In this document: positions 26,324-34,273 of the stretch, in pieces
How the letters are laid out: each line of letters starts with the position of its first letter
Numbering within the stretch: the stretch's first letter is position 1
DNA from: a virus
Length of the DNA: 34,273 bases
Virus genome (UHGV): UHGV-0115609
Direction: 5' to 3' (one strand)
The notes under the pieces: model-generated
Seen by the model: only the letters and a program-made list of their open reading frames with translations
What the model was told of the DNA's origin: nothing
Databases searched by the model: none
Program-made: the position numbers and the translations under genes

Positions 26324-26535
26324 TGGCATTAACACTGGCAGGTCTGGAAATCGAGAAAACAAGCGGCTACTGGCGTGCTAAGGGTTTCAAGCAGCCTGGC
26401 ATTCTTGAGCGTCTGGAACGTGAAGATGGGTATATCGTCCACCAGCGGCGTGAATGGCGTATGTACGATCCAGAAACAGGAAAACTGACTACAAAAGCCG
26501 GAACACTTTGGGGCCTGTTGAAGAAAATACACTAA
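26323..26535 (+). CDS. Hypothetical protein (70 aa)
   Basis: ORF coupled to the upstream gene (ATAATGG overlap). Confidence 0.45.
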   Translation: MALTLAGLEIEKTSGYWRAKGFKQPGILERLEREDGYIVHQRREWRMYDPETGKLTTKAGTLWGLLKKIH

Positions 26536-26543
26536 TAGCACCA

Positions 26544-27025
26544 ACCACTGCGGTGAGTAGCCAGCTCACCGCATTCGTATCAGCTCATTATCCACTGTGG
26601 TCTGCAGTCCTCTCTTCCTACATATCTGCTAACCACTGTAGCGAGTAGACAGCCTTTCATTCGCATCAAACAACCACTATGGTGAGTATTGGAGTGAGAT
26701 GTCCAGCGGGTATCCACTATGGTGAGTAAGCCTTTGCTGTTTTCAGTGGATATCCACTCGCCACAGTGGATACGCTCAAAGATGAGGGCGACAACAACCA
26801 CTATAGACAGTAAATTTTCCAAGATACCCAGTGACCACTAACCTCGCAGCCCTTGTTTCATCAGTGTTAGTGATCACTAACATTTAATTCAGTATTTGCA
26901 TTCTACTGCCTACAGTGGTTATCAACAGATAACGATACTCACTATAGTGGATAGCGAATTACAGATATAAGTAAGGCTCACTACAGTGGATAGTGAGCCT
27001 TACTACTAACTACAGTGGTTGGGCT
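26544..27025. repeat. Iteron array downstream of repA (incA-like copy-control locus): at least 11 copies of a CCACT(A/G)T(A/G)G / C(T/C)A(T/C)AGTGG(A/T)T core in both orientations
   Basis: Visible repeats: AACCACTGCGGTGAGTAG, ATCCACTGTGG, AACCACTGTAGCGAGTAG, AACCACTATGGTGAGTA (twice), CAGTGGATA, CACAGTGGATAC, AACCACTATAGACAG, CTACAGTGGTTATC, CACTATAGTGGATAG, CACTACAGTGGATAG, CTACAGTGGTTGGG. Also contains the 16-bp perfect palindrome GTTAGTGATCACTAAC (26866-26881). Confidence 0.8.
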
Positions 27026-28079
27026 ATTTGCGAGTCTTTGCCTTGCGCAACTCTTCGAGAAGCGCCAGTTCTTCTTTACTCAACATGACCATTTTGCCTT
27101 CTTTTTCGTCAGGCACAACGTCGATAATGTCATCTTGATTCTCATCTGGGAGGCTATATTCCGTCTCATCATTATCGATTTTTGTTGATATTTGTGCCTG
27201 GCGTAACTTTGGCCGCCTATAGTGGATGATGAAGTAGACCGAGTTTCCGCGCTTAACTTCCGTGTAATCGAGATATCCTATCTCTCGCAGCTGTTCCATA
27301 GCCTTTCTTACCGTCGCATTCTGAGTAATAGTGCGACTTGTCAGATTAAGTCTGGCGCGTAAACGAGCTAGTGATATTGGTGCCGGATCAGGCGGCAAAC
27401 TTTCAATAAAAGTATAAAGCGCCTGAGCGGATTCTTTTCTTGAGAGTTCGTTTATAGCCCGGAGTTGCAGAAGAACCTTTTTGTCGAACTGGTAGAGTTC
27501 GAAAATCTTGGGATCTGCTTTCAGTTCGACCGTATCGTGCTTGACACTATATTTTGCCGTTTGCACAAGATGCGTTACGTAAAACTCATCAGAGCCTTTG
27601 CTACGGAACGAGATGGTATTTGTGGCAATACGGCTTAGCGAACTGTCCAGGCGTTTGCGTAACTTCGCTGATGACCTGGCGGTCGGAATGCCACACAGCC
27701 TTACAAACTCAACGAACGGCAACGTGACAGTATCGCCAACGACCTTGTGTTTGGCAAACGCGTGGATTATTCCCACCCACGTTTTAAAGTCGTTATCCAT
27801 ATCAAGCCGAAGGCCAGAGATCCTTATGTCTTCGTACCCTTCGGCTTTTGCCAGAGACAGCTGTTTGAGTTCAGCAGAGGCATCCATAGAGACCATTTGC
27901 CCCTTTCTTCCTCTGGATGTCGATTTCAGCGTCGGAACGAAGAGGCCCAGACGCATCAAAGCAACAGGCTGAACAGTGTTATTAGTGTTAGGAACCAACG
28001 TAACAACTTCGCCTGTCTTTTTATCTGTTTCTGAAAATGCTTCAACGATCGCTATGTTTTTATTGCCGTTTTCGCTCAT
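27024..28079 (-). CDS. repA: Replication initiator RepA (P1/IncFIB RepA-like iteron-binding protein)
   Basis: Segments [59 protein letters not shown] and [27 protein letters not shown] match my recollection of the P1 RepA family; the gene is bracketed by iteron arrays. Confidence 0.85.
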   Translation of the reverse strand: MSENGNKNIAIVEAFSETDKKTGEVVTLVPNTNNTVQPVALMRLGLFVPTLKSTSRGRKGQMVSMDASAELKQLSLAKAEGYEDIRISGLRLDMDNDFKTWVGIIHAFAKHKVVGDTVTLPFVEFVRLCGIPTARSSAKLRKRLDSSLSRIATNTISFRSKGSDEFYVTHLVQTAKYSVKHDTVELKADPKIFELYQFDKKVLLQLRAINELSRKESAQALYTFIESLPPDPAPISLARLRARLNLTSRTITQNATVRKAMEQLREIGYLDYTEVKRGNSVYFIIHYRRPKLRQAQISTKIDNDETEYSLPDENQDDIIDVVPDEKEGKMVMLSKEELALLEELRKAKTRK

Positions 28080-28122
28080 TCCAAATGTCTCTTGTTATTC
28101 GACGGCTTTGGTGGCCTTTGCT

Positions 28123-28243
28123 GATTACAGTGGATAGTAGCACTCATCACAGCGGTTATCCTACCGTCTATAGTGGTTTTTCTCCTCTCTATAGTGGTTG
28201 CTTTGCTCCCTATAGTGGATTATTCGCTCTCTATAGTGGATAT
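28123..28243. repeat. Six direct iterons (consensus CTCTATAGTGG(A/T)T) at 21-22 bp spacing, abutting the repA start (incC-like, probable autoregulated promoter/origin iterons)
   Basis: AGTGG/AGCGG cores at 28129, 28151, 28172, 28193, 28214 and 28235 (spacings 22, 21, 21, 21, 21), about two helical turns apart as in iteron replicons. Confidence 0.85.
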
Positions 28244-28289
28244 CGATCATGTCTGAAGGCAGATGGCGCAACGGTTTGAGGTGGGCGGG

Positions 28290-28408
28290 GATCTTATTGG
28301 GTCTTTATGGGTCTCTTTGGTTCTCTTTGTGATCTGAATTACTGGATCGGGCCTGTGGATAAAATCAGAGGATTTCAAGAACAGGTAACTCTACTCTTCT
28401 GTGGATAT
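28290..28408. promoter_or_regulatory. Origin-like module B: GATC sites and degenerate (G)GGTCTCTTTG repeats plus DnaA boxes
   Basis: GATC at 28290, 28331 and 28345; three tandem GGTCT/GTTCT-containing 11-mers (28297-28330); perfect DnaA box TGTGGATAA (28354-28362, complement of TTATCCACA) and near-perfect TGTGGATAT (28400-28408). Confidence 0.7.
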
Positions 28409-28519
28409 TTAAGGACATAAGAATCATGACTAAGAGTAGAGTTTAAAATATATCTATGTATATCAGTATGTTAATGAAGAATTAAGTCATTAAGTTATCC
28501 ATAAAAGACAATGTGCTCT

Positions 28520-28625
28520 ACTCTCTACAGTGGATATATACAGCTCTCCAGAGTGGTTGTTTTACTCTTCATAGCGGTTATTCAGCTCTCTACAGAGGTT
28601 TCTTTGCTCTCCATAGTGGATGGCA
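28520..28625. repeat. Second set of five direct iterons at 21-23 bp spacing
   Basis: Cores AGTGG 28529, AGTGG 28552, AGCGG 28573, AGAGG 28594, AGTGG 28615, each preceded by CTCT(A/C)(C/T); separated from the first set by an AT-rich stretch (28410-28510). Confidence 0.8.
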
Positions 28626-28662
28626 ACACCCTTTCAGACCAGTAACCGCAACGGCTAGAGGC

Positions 28663-28734
28663 GATCGGGGATCTCTTTGGATCTTCTATTTGATCTTACT
28701 TGGGATCTCTTATTTGGATCTATCCAGTGGATAA
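28663..28734. promoter_or_regulatory. Origin-like module A: cluster of six GATC (Dam) sites plus a DnaA-like box
   Basis: GATC at 28663, 28670, 28680, 28692, 28704 and 28717 within 58 bp, embedded in (T/G)GGATCT repeats; AGTGGATAA (28726-28734) is one mismatch from a DnaA box. Confidence 0.75.
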
Positions 28735-28821
28735 CTGGGATAAGTAAAACAGGCAAATGCAGATTAAGGTATGCCTAATGAGTTATCGTAGCATCGGCCA
28801 ATAACTACTGAAAAAACGATT

Positions 28822-29466
28822 ATGGATCTAAAACGCACGCGCTGGGTTCGTCGTCTTGAGGACGGCTCCTACACTATCGAATCAAATTCCAACCTGAATA
28901 AGCAGAAGTTGCTTTGTGACATCTGCGGTATAGCGGCGAAGTGCCCGATCTACGAAACCAGAATTAAACTTGATAAGGCTGGTGTGAATTTTCATTTAAA
29001 CAGTTGCATCAGGTACGTTCCATTGCTCGCATTTCGTAAACCGATCATCGGATTGGATGCACCCTACTTCAACACACTCCGTTCAGGTGTGACGTGGCAA
29101 GATCGTTTATCACCAGACAAGCTGATTTGCCTTGTATCCGCAGACACAGGGAAAATCATCCGTTTTGGGAAAGTAGACAAGGTTTACTCAGGCCCAGTAG
29201 ACGAAATGTTGCGGAAACACAGCCGGTTTAATCATCTCTGTATGGGTGGTGAGAAAATCGAGAAGGTAGAAGAAGTGATCCGCAAATCCTACGGACACTT
29301 CCTGACCAAAGATAGCCTGCTCACCGCAATCTACATCAGACATGTAAAACGTGAGTTCGACCTCGAATACCACAGTGAAGAAGAGCTTAACCTTGTTGAC
29401 CCACGTCCAAAAGCTGGCGTCATAAGCATAAACGCAGCGCGTAAAAAGCCCACTGAGACGTTTTAA
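28822..29466 (+). CDS. Hypothetical protein (214 aa)
   Basis: Long ORF just beyond the origin region; no motif recognised. Confidence 0.55.
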   Translation: MDLKRTRWVRRLEDGSYTIESNSNLNKQKLLCDICGIAAKCPIYETRIKLDKAGVNFHLNSCIRYVPLLAFRKPIIGLDAPYFNTLRSGVTWQDRLSPDKLICLVSADTGKIIRFGKVDKVYSGPVDEMLRKHSRFNHLCMGGEKIEKVEEVIRKSYGHFLTKDSLLTAIYIRHVKREFDLEYHSEEELNLVDPRPKAGVISINAARKKPTETF

Positions 29467-29541
29467 ACGTAATCTCAGGGTTTAACCGAGGCATAAAATA
29501 TGGTGCATTAGAAAGACACTGAGGGCTTTTAGGATTAATAC

Positions 29542-29983
29542 ATGAGTGAATTTTATTCAAGGGCAGCAACTGTGACAGACATGCCTTTTATCATGGCTGA
29601 GTTCGAGGACGGCGCACGCAAAGGTCACTTCTACGAAGAGATCCTCACATCAAAGGGGGGGGTAAAACCTTTGAGCAGCAGACCAGACTGGCAATCAAGA
29701 CGAACGAGCGGGGCCAATACTCCGGGCATTTTATCTACATCCTGCTGCATCGTTCTGATGACAAAAAGTAGGACTAATCTGGTTCTGTGCCGCACTCGAT
29801 CCGACTGGCGCACCTTGACTTGAACTCCGTGCCGTCAGTATTGTCAAAGAGCTTCGCGGAAAAGGCTATGGGTCAATGCTGGTGTCCGACATGATCGCAT
29901 CAAACCCTAGTCAGCCGATGATGGCAAAGTGCTACGTCAAATCCTCGCAAATGGCCGACATGCTGTTTCGCGACCCAAAATAA
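29542..29983 (+). pseudogene. GNAT-family N-acetyltransferase, disrupted (at least two frameshifts plus an in-frame TGA)
   Basis: Frame 1 from ATG 29542 through a G8 tract (29655-29662); protein-like sequence continues in the -1 frame (KTFEQQTRLAIKTNERGQYSGHFIYILLHRSDDKK) to an A5 tract (29763-29767), then in the +1 frame (VGLIWFCAALDPTGAP, TGA at 29816, then LELRAVSIVKELRGKGYGSMLV... with the GNAT motif A R-G-x-G-x-G) to the stop at 29981-29983. Confidence 0.55.
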
Positions 29984-30014
29984 AAAGCACCCCATACGAG
30001 GTGCTCCTGAAGAA

Positions 30015-30518
30015 TTAATCACAAGTCGTTTTGCCCGTGCCGTCTGGGTACACGATTGATTCGCACGACTTGCCATTCAAGAAGCTGTAGCTGCGAATAG
30101 TACCGTCCGGATCGCGTTCTGTGTAAGACTCCAGCTTCTTCGGATCAGCGTTCTTACGGCGCACTTCTTTCAGCTCATATTGGGCCTTGTACATCTCCTT
30201 GTAGGCTTCCTCTATGCGTTTCATTTTGATCTCCTTTGCCTCTTTGCTGCCCAGATAAGCGGCCATTTCAAGATCACAGTTGAACCTGATTTTTGGGAAT
30301 GAAGGCGCGTATCTACCCATGACTTTGGTTAAATCATTGTCGTTAGAGACATAATAGGCATGGCTTCCACACAATTTGTCGGCTCTGTCTTGGGCAATTG
30401 CTACGCTTGAAGTGGAGTAAATATCAACGTACCCGCCAGCTGACTTTTCATCTTGAGGTGGTTTTGGTACGCATCCGATCAGAGCAATGGCCATCGTCCC
30501 TATAATTACGCGTTTCAC
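30015..30518 (-). CDS. Hypothetical lipoprotein (167 aa)
   Basis: GTG start with GGAG RBS; signal peptide with lipobox ALIGC; convergent with the GNAT pseudogene across the hairpin AGCACC...GGTGCT (29986-30007). Confidence 0.6.
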   Translation of the reverse strand: MKRVIIGTMAIALIGCVPKPPQDEKSAGGYVDIYSTSSVAIAQDRADKLCGSHAYYVSNDNDLTKVMGRYAPSFPKIRFNCDLEMAAYLGSKEAKEIKMKRIEEAYKEMYKAQYELKEVRRKNADPKKLESYTERDPDGTIRSYSFLNGKSCESIVYPDGTGKTTCD

Positions 30519-30744
30519 CGTCAGTTCTCCTTTTTCGTTTGGTTGTCATCATTAAGTGACTGCGATTATAGAGTGGCTTGTAACATCTAGAAGTCTTTGC
30601 TGTCCATAAAAATAGGTATTCACTTACCTATGAATTTGCCATAATCATGTGTCTGTGAACATTCTTAATGGCCGTGTTATCTGGATTGTTCGCCTCTCAA
30701 ACACACTTAATATCTGTATCAAAATAACCACAAAGGAAAAACAC

Positions 30745-31830
30745 ATGACTTTGCCATACGGCGTCATTTCTGACTGCCACTACCACAAATGGGATGCGTT
30801 CTCCACGACGAACGCTGAGGGGCTTAACTCCAGACTTGAAATACAGTTGGAAGCAACGAAAGAAGCAGCCATCGCCATGAAGAAGGCCGGTTGTAAGTAC
30901 ATGTTGGTTGCCGGTGATACATTTCACGTCCGAGGAACTGTGTCCCCTTCTGTTTTGCATTACGTAACTGAAACGTACAAGTGGATTATCAACGAGCTTG
31001 ATCTGACAGTAGTAATGCTGGCCGGTAATCACGATCTTGAAACCAACGATTCAGTATATAGCGCCAACGCAGCAGCATCGCTGAGTTCTATCGGCGTGGT
31101 AATCGTATGTGGCAAGCGCCCACACTCAATAAAAATTGGTGATGTGACTGTCCACCTGATTAGCTGGCGTAACAATCATGCGGAGCTTATCAGCGATCTG
31201 AAAGCATTACGTAAGAGCGTAGAAGGTGACAATCATGACGTTGTTATCCATACATCCATTAACAAAGCCATTCCAACAATGCCTGACGTCGGTATCGATG
31301 CGCAGGAGTTAAAGGATATCGGCTTTCGTCTCGTGCTTAGTGGGCATTACCACAACCACAAAGAGGTCATTCCTGGAGTTATCAGTGTCGGTGCACTGAC
31401 TCATCAAAATTGGGGAGATGTTGGATCTCTGGCTGGCTACATGATCGTAAACCCGGACGGCAGTTTCAGTCACTACGAAACCAGTGCGCCTAAATTCATT
31501 AACCTGGAAGATGATGTTGCTGATGACCAAATTCGCGGCAACTACGTGCGTTTCCGCGCCGTAATTGAGAACGATGAAGAAGGCATTAAGTACCAGAACA
31601 TCCTCAAAACAATGGGTGCAAAAGGTGTCGTGTGCAACTTCATCCGTAAGTCATCAATGATGGAAGGGACAGCCAGCACAACTGAAACCAGCAAAATCGA
31701 TAGCCTGGGAGAGTCGGTATCTGCTTATTGCAAGATTGTCCACGATACTGACGGCGGATTTGATCTGAGCAAATTGGATATTTTGTGTCAGGAAATCCTC
31801 ACCGAAGCGGAGAGTTCGGAGGCTGTGTGA
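30745..31830 (+). CDS. sbcD: SbcD/Mre11-like nuclease (calcineurin-like phosphoesterase; T4 gp47 analogue)
   Basis: Phosphoesterase motifs DCHYH, AGDTFH, AGNHD and SGHYHNH in the canonical order. Start at ATG 30745 with the conserved CCACAAAGGAAAAACAC context. Confidence 0.85.
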   Translation: MTLPYGVISDCHYHKWDAFSTTNAEGLNSRLEIQLEATKEAAIAMKKAGCKYMLVAGDTFHVRGTVSPSVLHYVTETYKWIINELDLTVVMLAGNHDLETNDSVYSANAAASLSSIGVVIVCGKRPHSIKIGDVTVHLISWRNNHAELISDLKALRKSVEGDNHDVVIHTSINKAIPTMPDVGIDAQELKDIGFRLVLSGHYHNHKEVIPGVISVGALTHQNWGDVGSLAGYMIVNPDGSFSHYETSAPKFINLEDDVADDQIRGNYVRFRAVIENDEEGIKYQNILKTMGAKGVVCNFIRKSSMMEGTASTTETSKIDSLGESVSAYCKIVHDTDGGFDLSKLDILCQEILTEAESSEAV

Positions 31831-32063
31831 AGCAAAGTCGTTATGGGAGCTTTCGAGACTTTGCCATCGCGATGAAAAGACTTGAACGAGGCCAGACGGT
31901 GATGTTTCACAAGCCCTACCCGCCACAAGGAAATCCCGTAGCGTTTTATCTTGGAAGGTTAACAAGAAAAGGCGTATTGAGGCGCAGATCCTTCCCGGCG
32001 CATACGGAGTTCAGATTGAAAGAAGGCCAAAAGCTAACACACGGTATCAGAGGTGTTATATGA
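31827..32063 (+). CDS. Small basic hypothetical protein between sbcD and sbcC (start uncertain)
   Basis: ORF bridging the two nuclease genes, overlapping the sbcD stop and the sbcC start; possible GTG start; Arg/Lys-rich. Weak evidence. Confidence 0.3.
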   Translation: MKQSRYGSFRDFAIAMKRLERGQTVMFHKPYPPQGNPVAFYLGRLTRKGVLRRRSFPAHTEFRLKEGQKLTHGIRGVI

Positions 32064-33976
32064 AGTTTTTAAAGCTCCAGGTTGAGAATTTTATGGCTAT
32101 CGCCAGCGCGGAGGTCGAGTTAGATCAGCGTGGTTTAGTGCTCATTCAGGGTGTTAATAGTGATGATAGTTCCGCATCAAGTAATGGCGCTGGTAAATCT
32201 ACTTTGATGAACAGCCTGATGTGGTGTCTGTATGGCGAAACTGCGCATGGAGTCAAAGGTGACGACGTGCTGTCTACAGGCTACGAGAAAAACTGTCGTG
32301 TAATGGTGACTGTTGAGGATGAAGGCAAGAGATACGCGATCATTCGTCACCGTAAACACAAAGAGTTCAAGAACCGGCTGATCGTCCGCGGTGAAGACGG
32401 TGACATGACCAAAGGCAAGGACACGCTGACGCAGGAGTTCGTTGAACGCCTGATTGGTGCATCGAAAGAGGTGTTCATGGCGTCCATCTACGCCAGTCAG
32501 GAAGCAATGCCAGATCTACCTGGAATGTCCGACAAAAACCTCAAAACCATCGTAGAAGAAGCCGCTGGCGTTGACAGACTGACACGCGCCTACGCTATTG
32601 CTCGTGAACGAGCTAACGCAGCTGCCGCACGTATGGACGTGGTTAAAACCAAATTGGAGTCGACAATCTCGACCATTGAGGCAACACAGTCAGAAATTGA
32701 GTCAGCGAAAGCCTCCTCTGAATCATGGGAGCAAGAGCGTTCTAAACGTTATGACGATGCCCTGGCTGGGCTGGCCAGTGCCGAAGTTGAGTTAACGGAA
32801 GTTGAACTTGAGATCCGCACTCTTCCCGAACAGATACGTGATACCGAGAAGGCAATCGAAAGTGAGCGCAAAAAGTTAGCCTCAAAAGAAGAACATGACG
32901 CCAAGTTGCTCAAAGTTCGTGGTGCGATAACTGATATTCGGGCAAGCATCAAAGCTACAGAAAATAGTCAGGCTGATGCAATGAACCGCGCGCGTAATTT
33001 TAAGACCAAAGCAGAAGAGGTTGGTACTAAAGTGGGATCACCATGCCCTACTTGTGGCAAAGCCTACTGCGAAGAAGATCTATCAACGGTGAAGGAGAGT
33101 TTCATTGAACAAGCACGTCAGGAAATTGGTCAGGCGAAGACACTTGCAGAGGCAATGGCTAAACACAAAACGAATCTTGAGAAAGCGTTAAGCATTGAGT
33201 CTGCCCTTGTTAAAACGACACCTGATGTAACGGCTATCATTGCCCGGATTGAAGAGCTTACGAAACAACTCTCATCTTTGCGTCATCGTGAGAAGGAGGT
33301 TGTTGCTATTGAGTCTCTTGTGACTCGTGCTCGTACTGAGGTCGATCGTATATCAAAAGAGATTAATCCGTTTATTGCTCTTATCGCCAGACACGAAGAT
33401 AACCTGGTATCCAGTAAGTCTACCTTAAAGTCCTTAAAAGATGAGTTGAAGGCTATTAAGGAACAAACGTTGCTATTGGAAAAAGCTCGTCAGGTCTACT
33501 CTCCTGCCGGGGTGCGTTCTCATATTTTGACGTCTGTTACGCCTTTCCTGAATACACGCACTGCCGAGTATCTCAATACGTTGTCTGACGGGAATATTAC
33601 TGCTGAGTGGTCGACGATGGATACCACTAAAAAAGGTGAGTATCGCGACAAATTCAACATTAGTGTGCAGAAGAAAGGTTCAAGTAAGTCGTTCCAAACC
33701 CTCTCTGGTGGTGAGAAGCGGAAGGTTCGCATTGCGTGTTCTTTGGCATTGCAGGATCTGGTTAGTAACCGGGCGAGTAAAAACATCGATTTGTTTATCG
33801 GCGACGAAATTGACGATGCACTCGATACAGCCGGTCTTGAACGCCTCATGGGTATTCTGGAGTCCAAAGCTCGCGAGCGAGGTACTGTGCTGATTATCTC
33901 CCATAAAGAGATGAAGTCATGGTTCCGGGAAACTATTACGCTGGAAGTTAAAGAGGGGCGCAGCTATGTCGTTTAA
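32060..33976 (+). CDS. sbcC: SbcC/Rad50-like ATPase (T4 gp46 analogue)
   Basis: N-terminal Walker A NGAGKST, central coiled-coil region with CxxC zinc-hook-like SPCPTCGK, C-terminal ABC signature LSGGEKRKV and Walker B LFIGDEIDDALD. Confidence 0.9.
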   Translation: MKFLKLQVENFMAIASAEVELDQRGLVLIQGVNSDDSSASSNGAGKSTLMNSLMWCLYGETAHGVKGDDVLSTGYEKNCRVMVTVEDEGKRYAIIRHRKHKEFKNRLIVRGEDGDMTKGKDTLTQEFVERLIGASKEVFMASIYASQEAMPDLPGMSDKNLKTIVEEAAGVDRLTRAYAIARERANAAAARMDVVKTKLESTISTIEATQSEIESAKASSESWEQERSKRYDDALAGLASAEVELTEVELEIRTLPEQIRDTEKAIESERKKLASKEEHDAKLLKVRGAITDIRASIKATENSQADAMNRARNFKTKAEEVGTKVGSPCPTCGKAYCEEDLSTVKESFIEQARQEIGQAKTLAEAMAKHKTNLEKALSIESALVKTTPDVTAIIARIEELTKQLSSLRHREKEVVAIESLVTRARTEVDRISKEINPFIALIARHEDNLVSSKSTLKSLKDELKAIKEQTLLLEKARQVYSPAGVRSHILTSVTPFLNTRTAEYLNTLSDGNITAEWSTMDTTKKGEYRDKFNISVQKKGSSKSFQTLSGGEKRKVRIACSLALQDLVSNRASKNIDLFIGDEIDDALDTAGLERLMGILESKARERGTVLIISHKEMKSWFRETITLEVKEGRSYVV

Positions 33977-34226
33977 ATTAAGCCGCTCGCAGTTTTTGCA
34001 GGTATTTGCAGTGATGCAGTCGATAAAACTGATCAATGGGCATACTTCCAATGGTTCGGCTCCACGTATTCTGTGGGGCAGCAACAATATTGACGGAGTA
34101 CAATTCGCCTCGTTGCTTGGTCTAATATCCGAGACACCATTGATGCAAAGTTTGAAATCACTACCACCTGGATGTATTGCGCCGATCCTGATTAATCCTT
34201 TTGTTGAGGGGGGATATCTCCCATAA
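33966..34226 (+). CDS. Hypothetical protein (86 aa)
   Basis: ORF overlapping the sbcC stop by 11 nt; no motif recognised. Confidence 0.4.
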   Translation: MSFKLSRSQFLQVFAVMQSIKLINGHTSNGSAPRILWGSNNIDGVQFASLLGLISETPLMQSLKSLPPGCIAPILINPFVEGGYLP

Positions 34227-34273
34227 GCGCTAACTTAAGGGTTGAACCATCTGAAGAATGCGACGCCTCGGTG

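Noticed and set aside
26544-28625. Possible CRISPR array suggested by the closely spaced repeats
   Set aside because: The repeats are 21-22 bp apart with no unique spacers of about 30 bp, occur in both orientations, and flank a RepA gene; these are plasmid iterons, not CRISPR.

Overview
This window reads as a replication/recombination block of an enterobacterial phage-plasmid (P1/SSU5-like architecture; the family assignment is inference from gene content and motifs, with no database search run). On the + strand it encodes the 3' end of a DnaB-like helicase, a DnaG-type primase, an ATP-dependent DNA ligase, a cluster of four tRNA genes (Asn, Tyr, Thr, Ser), a glutaredoxin, a tyrosine recombinase with a convergent HTH regulator, a vWA protein plus MoxR-type AAA+ ATPase pair (CobT/CobS-like), a DnaE-type polymerase, a gp32-like SSB, a flap endonuclease, a RecA homologue and SbcD/SbcC-like nuclease genes. 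On the - strand lie a CspA-like cold-shock gene, a two-gene module of unclear function, and a P1 RepA-like initiator flanked by iteron arrays. The most notable observations are: a LAGLIDADG intein inserted in the RecA P-loop; two tandem origin-like modules (iterons, GATC repeats, DnaA boxes) upstream of repA; a family of long hairpins abutting the tRNA 3' ends; a 13-7-13 inverted repeat upstream of the recombinase gene; and a GNAT acetyltransferase pseudogene broken at homopolymer tracts. All calls rest on manual reading of the sequence and the supplied ORF translations.
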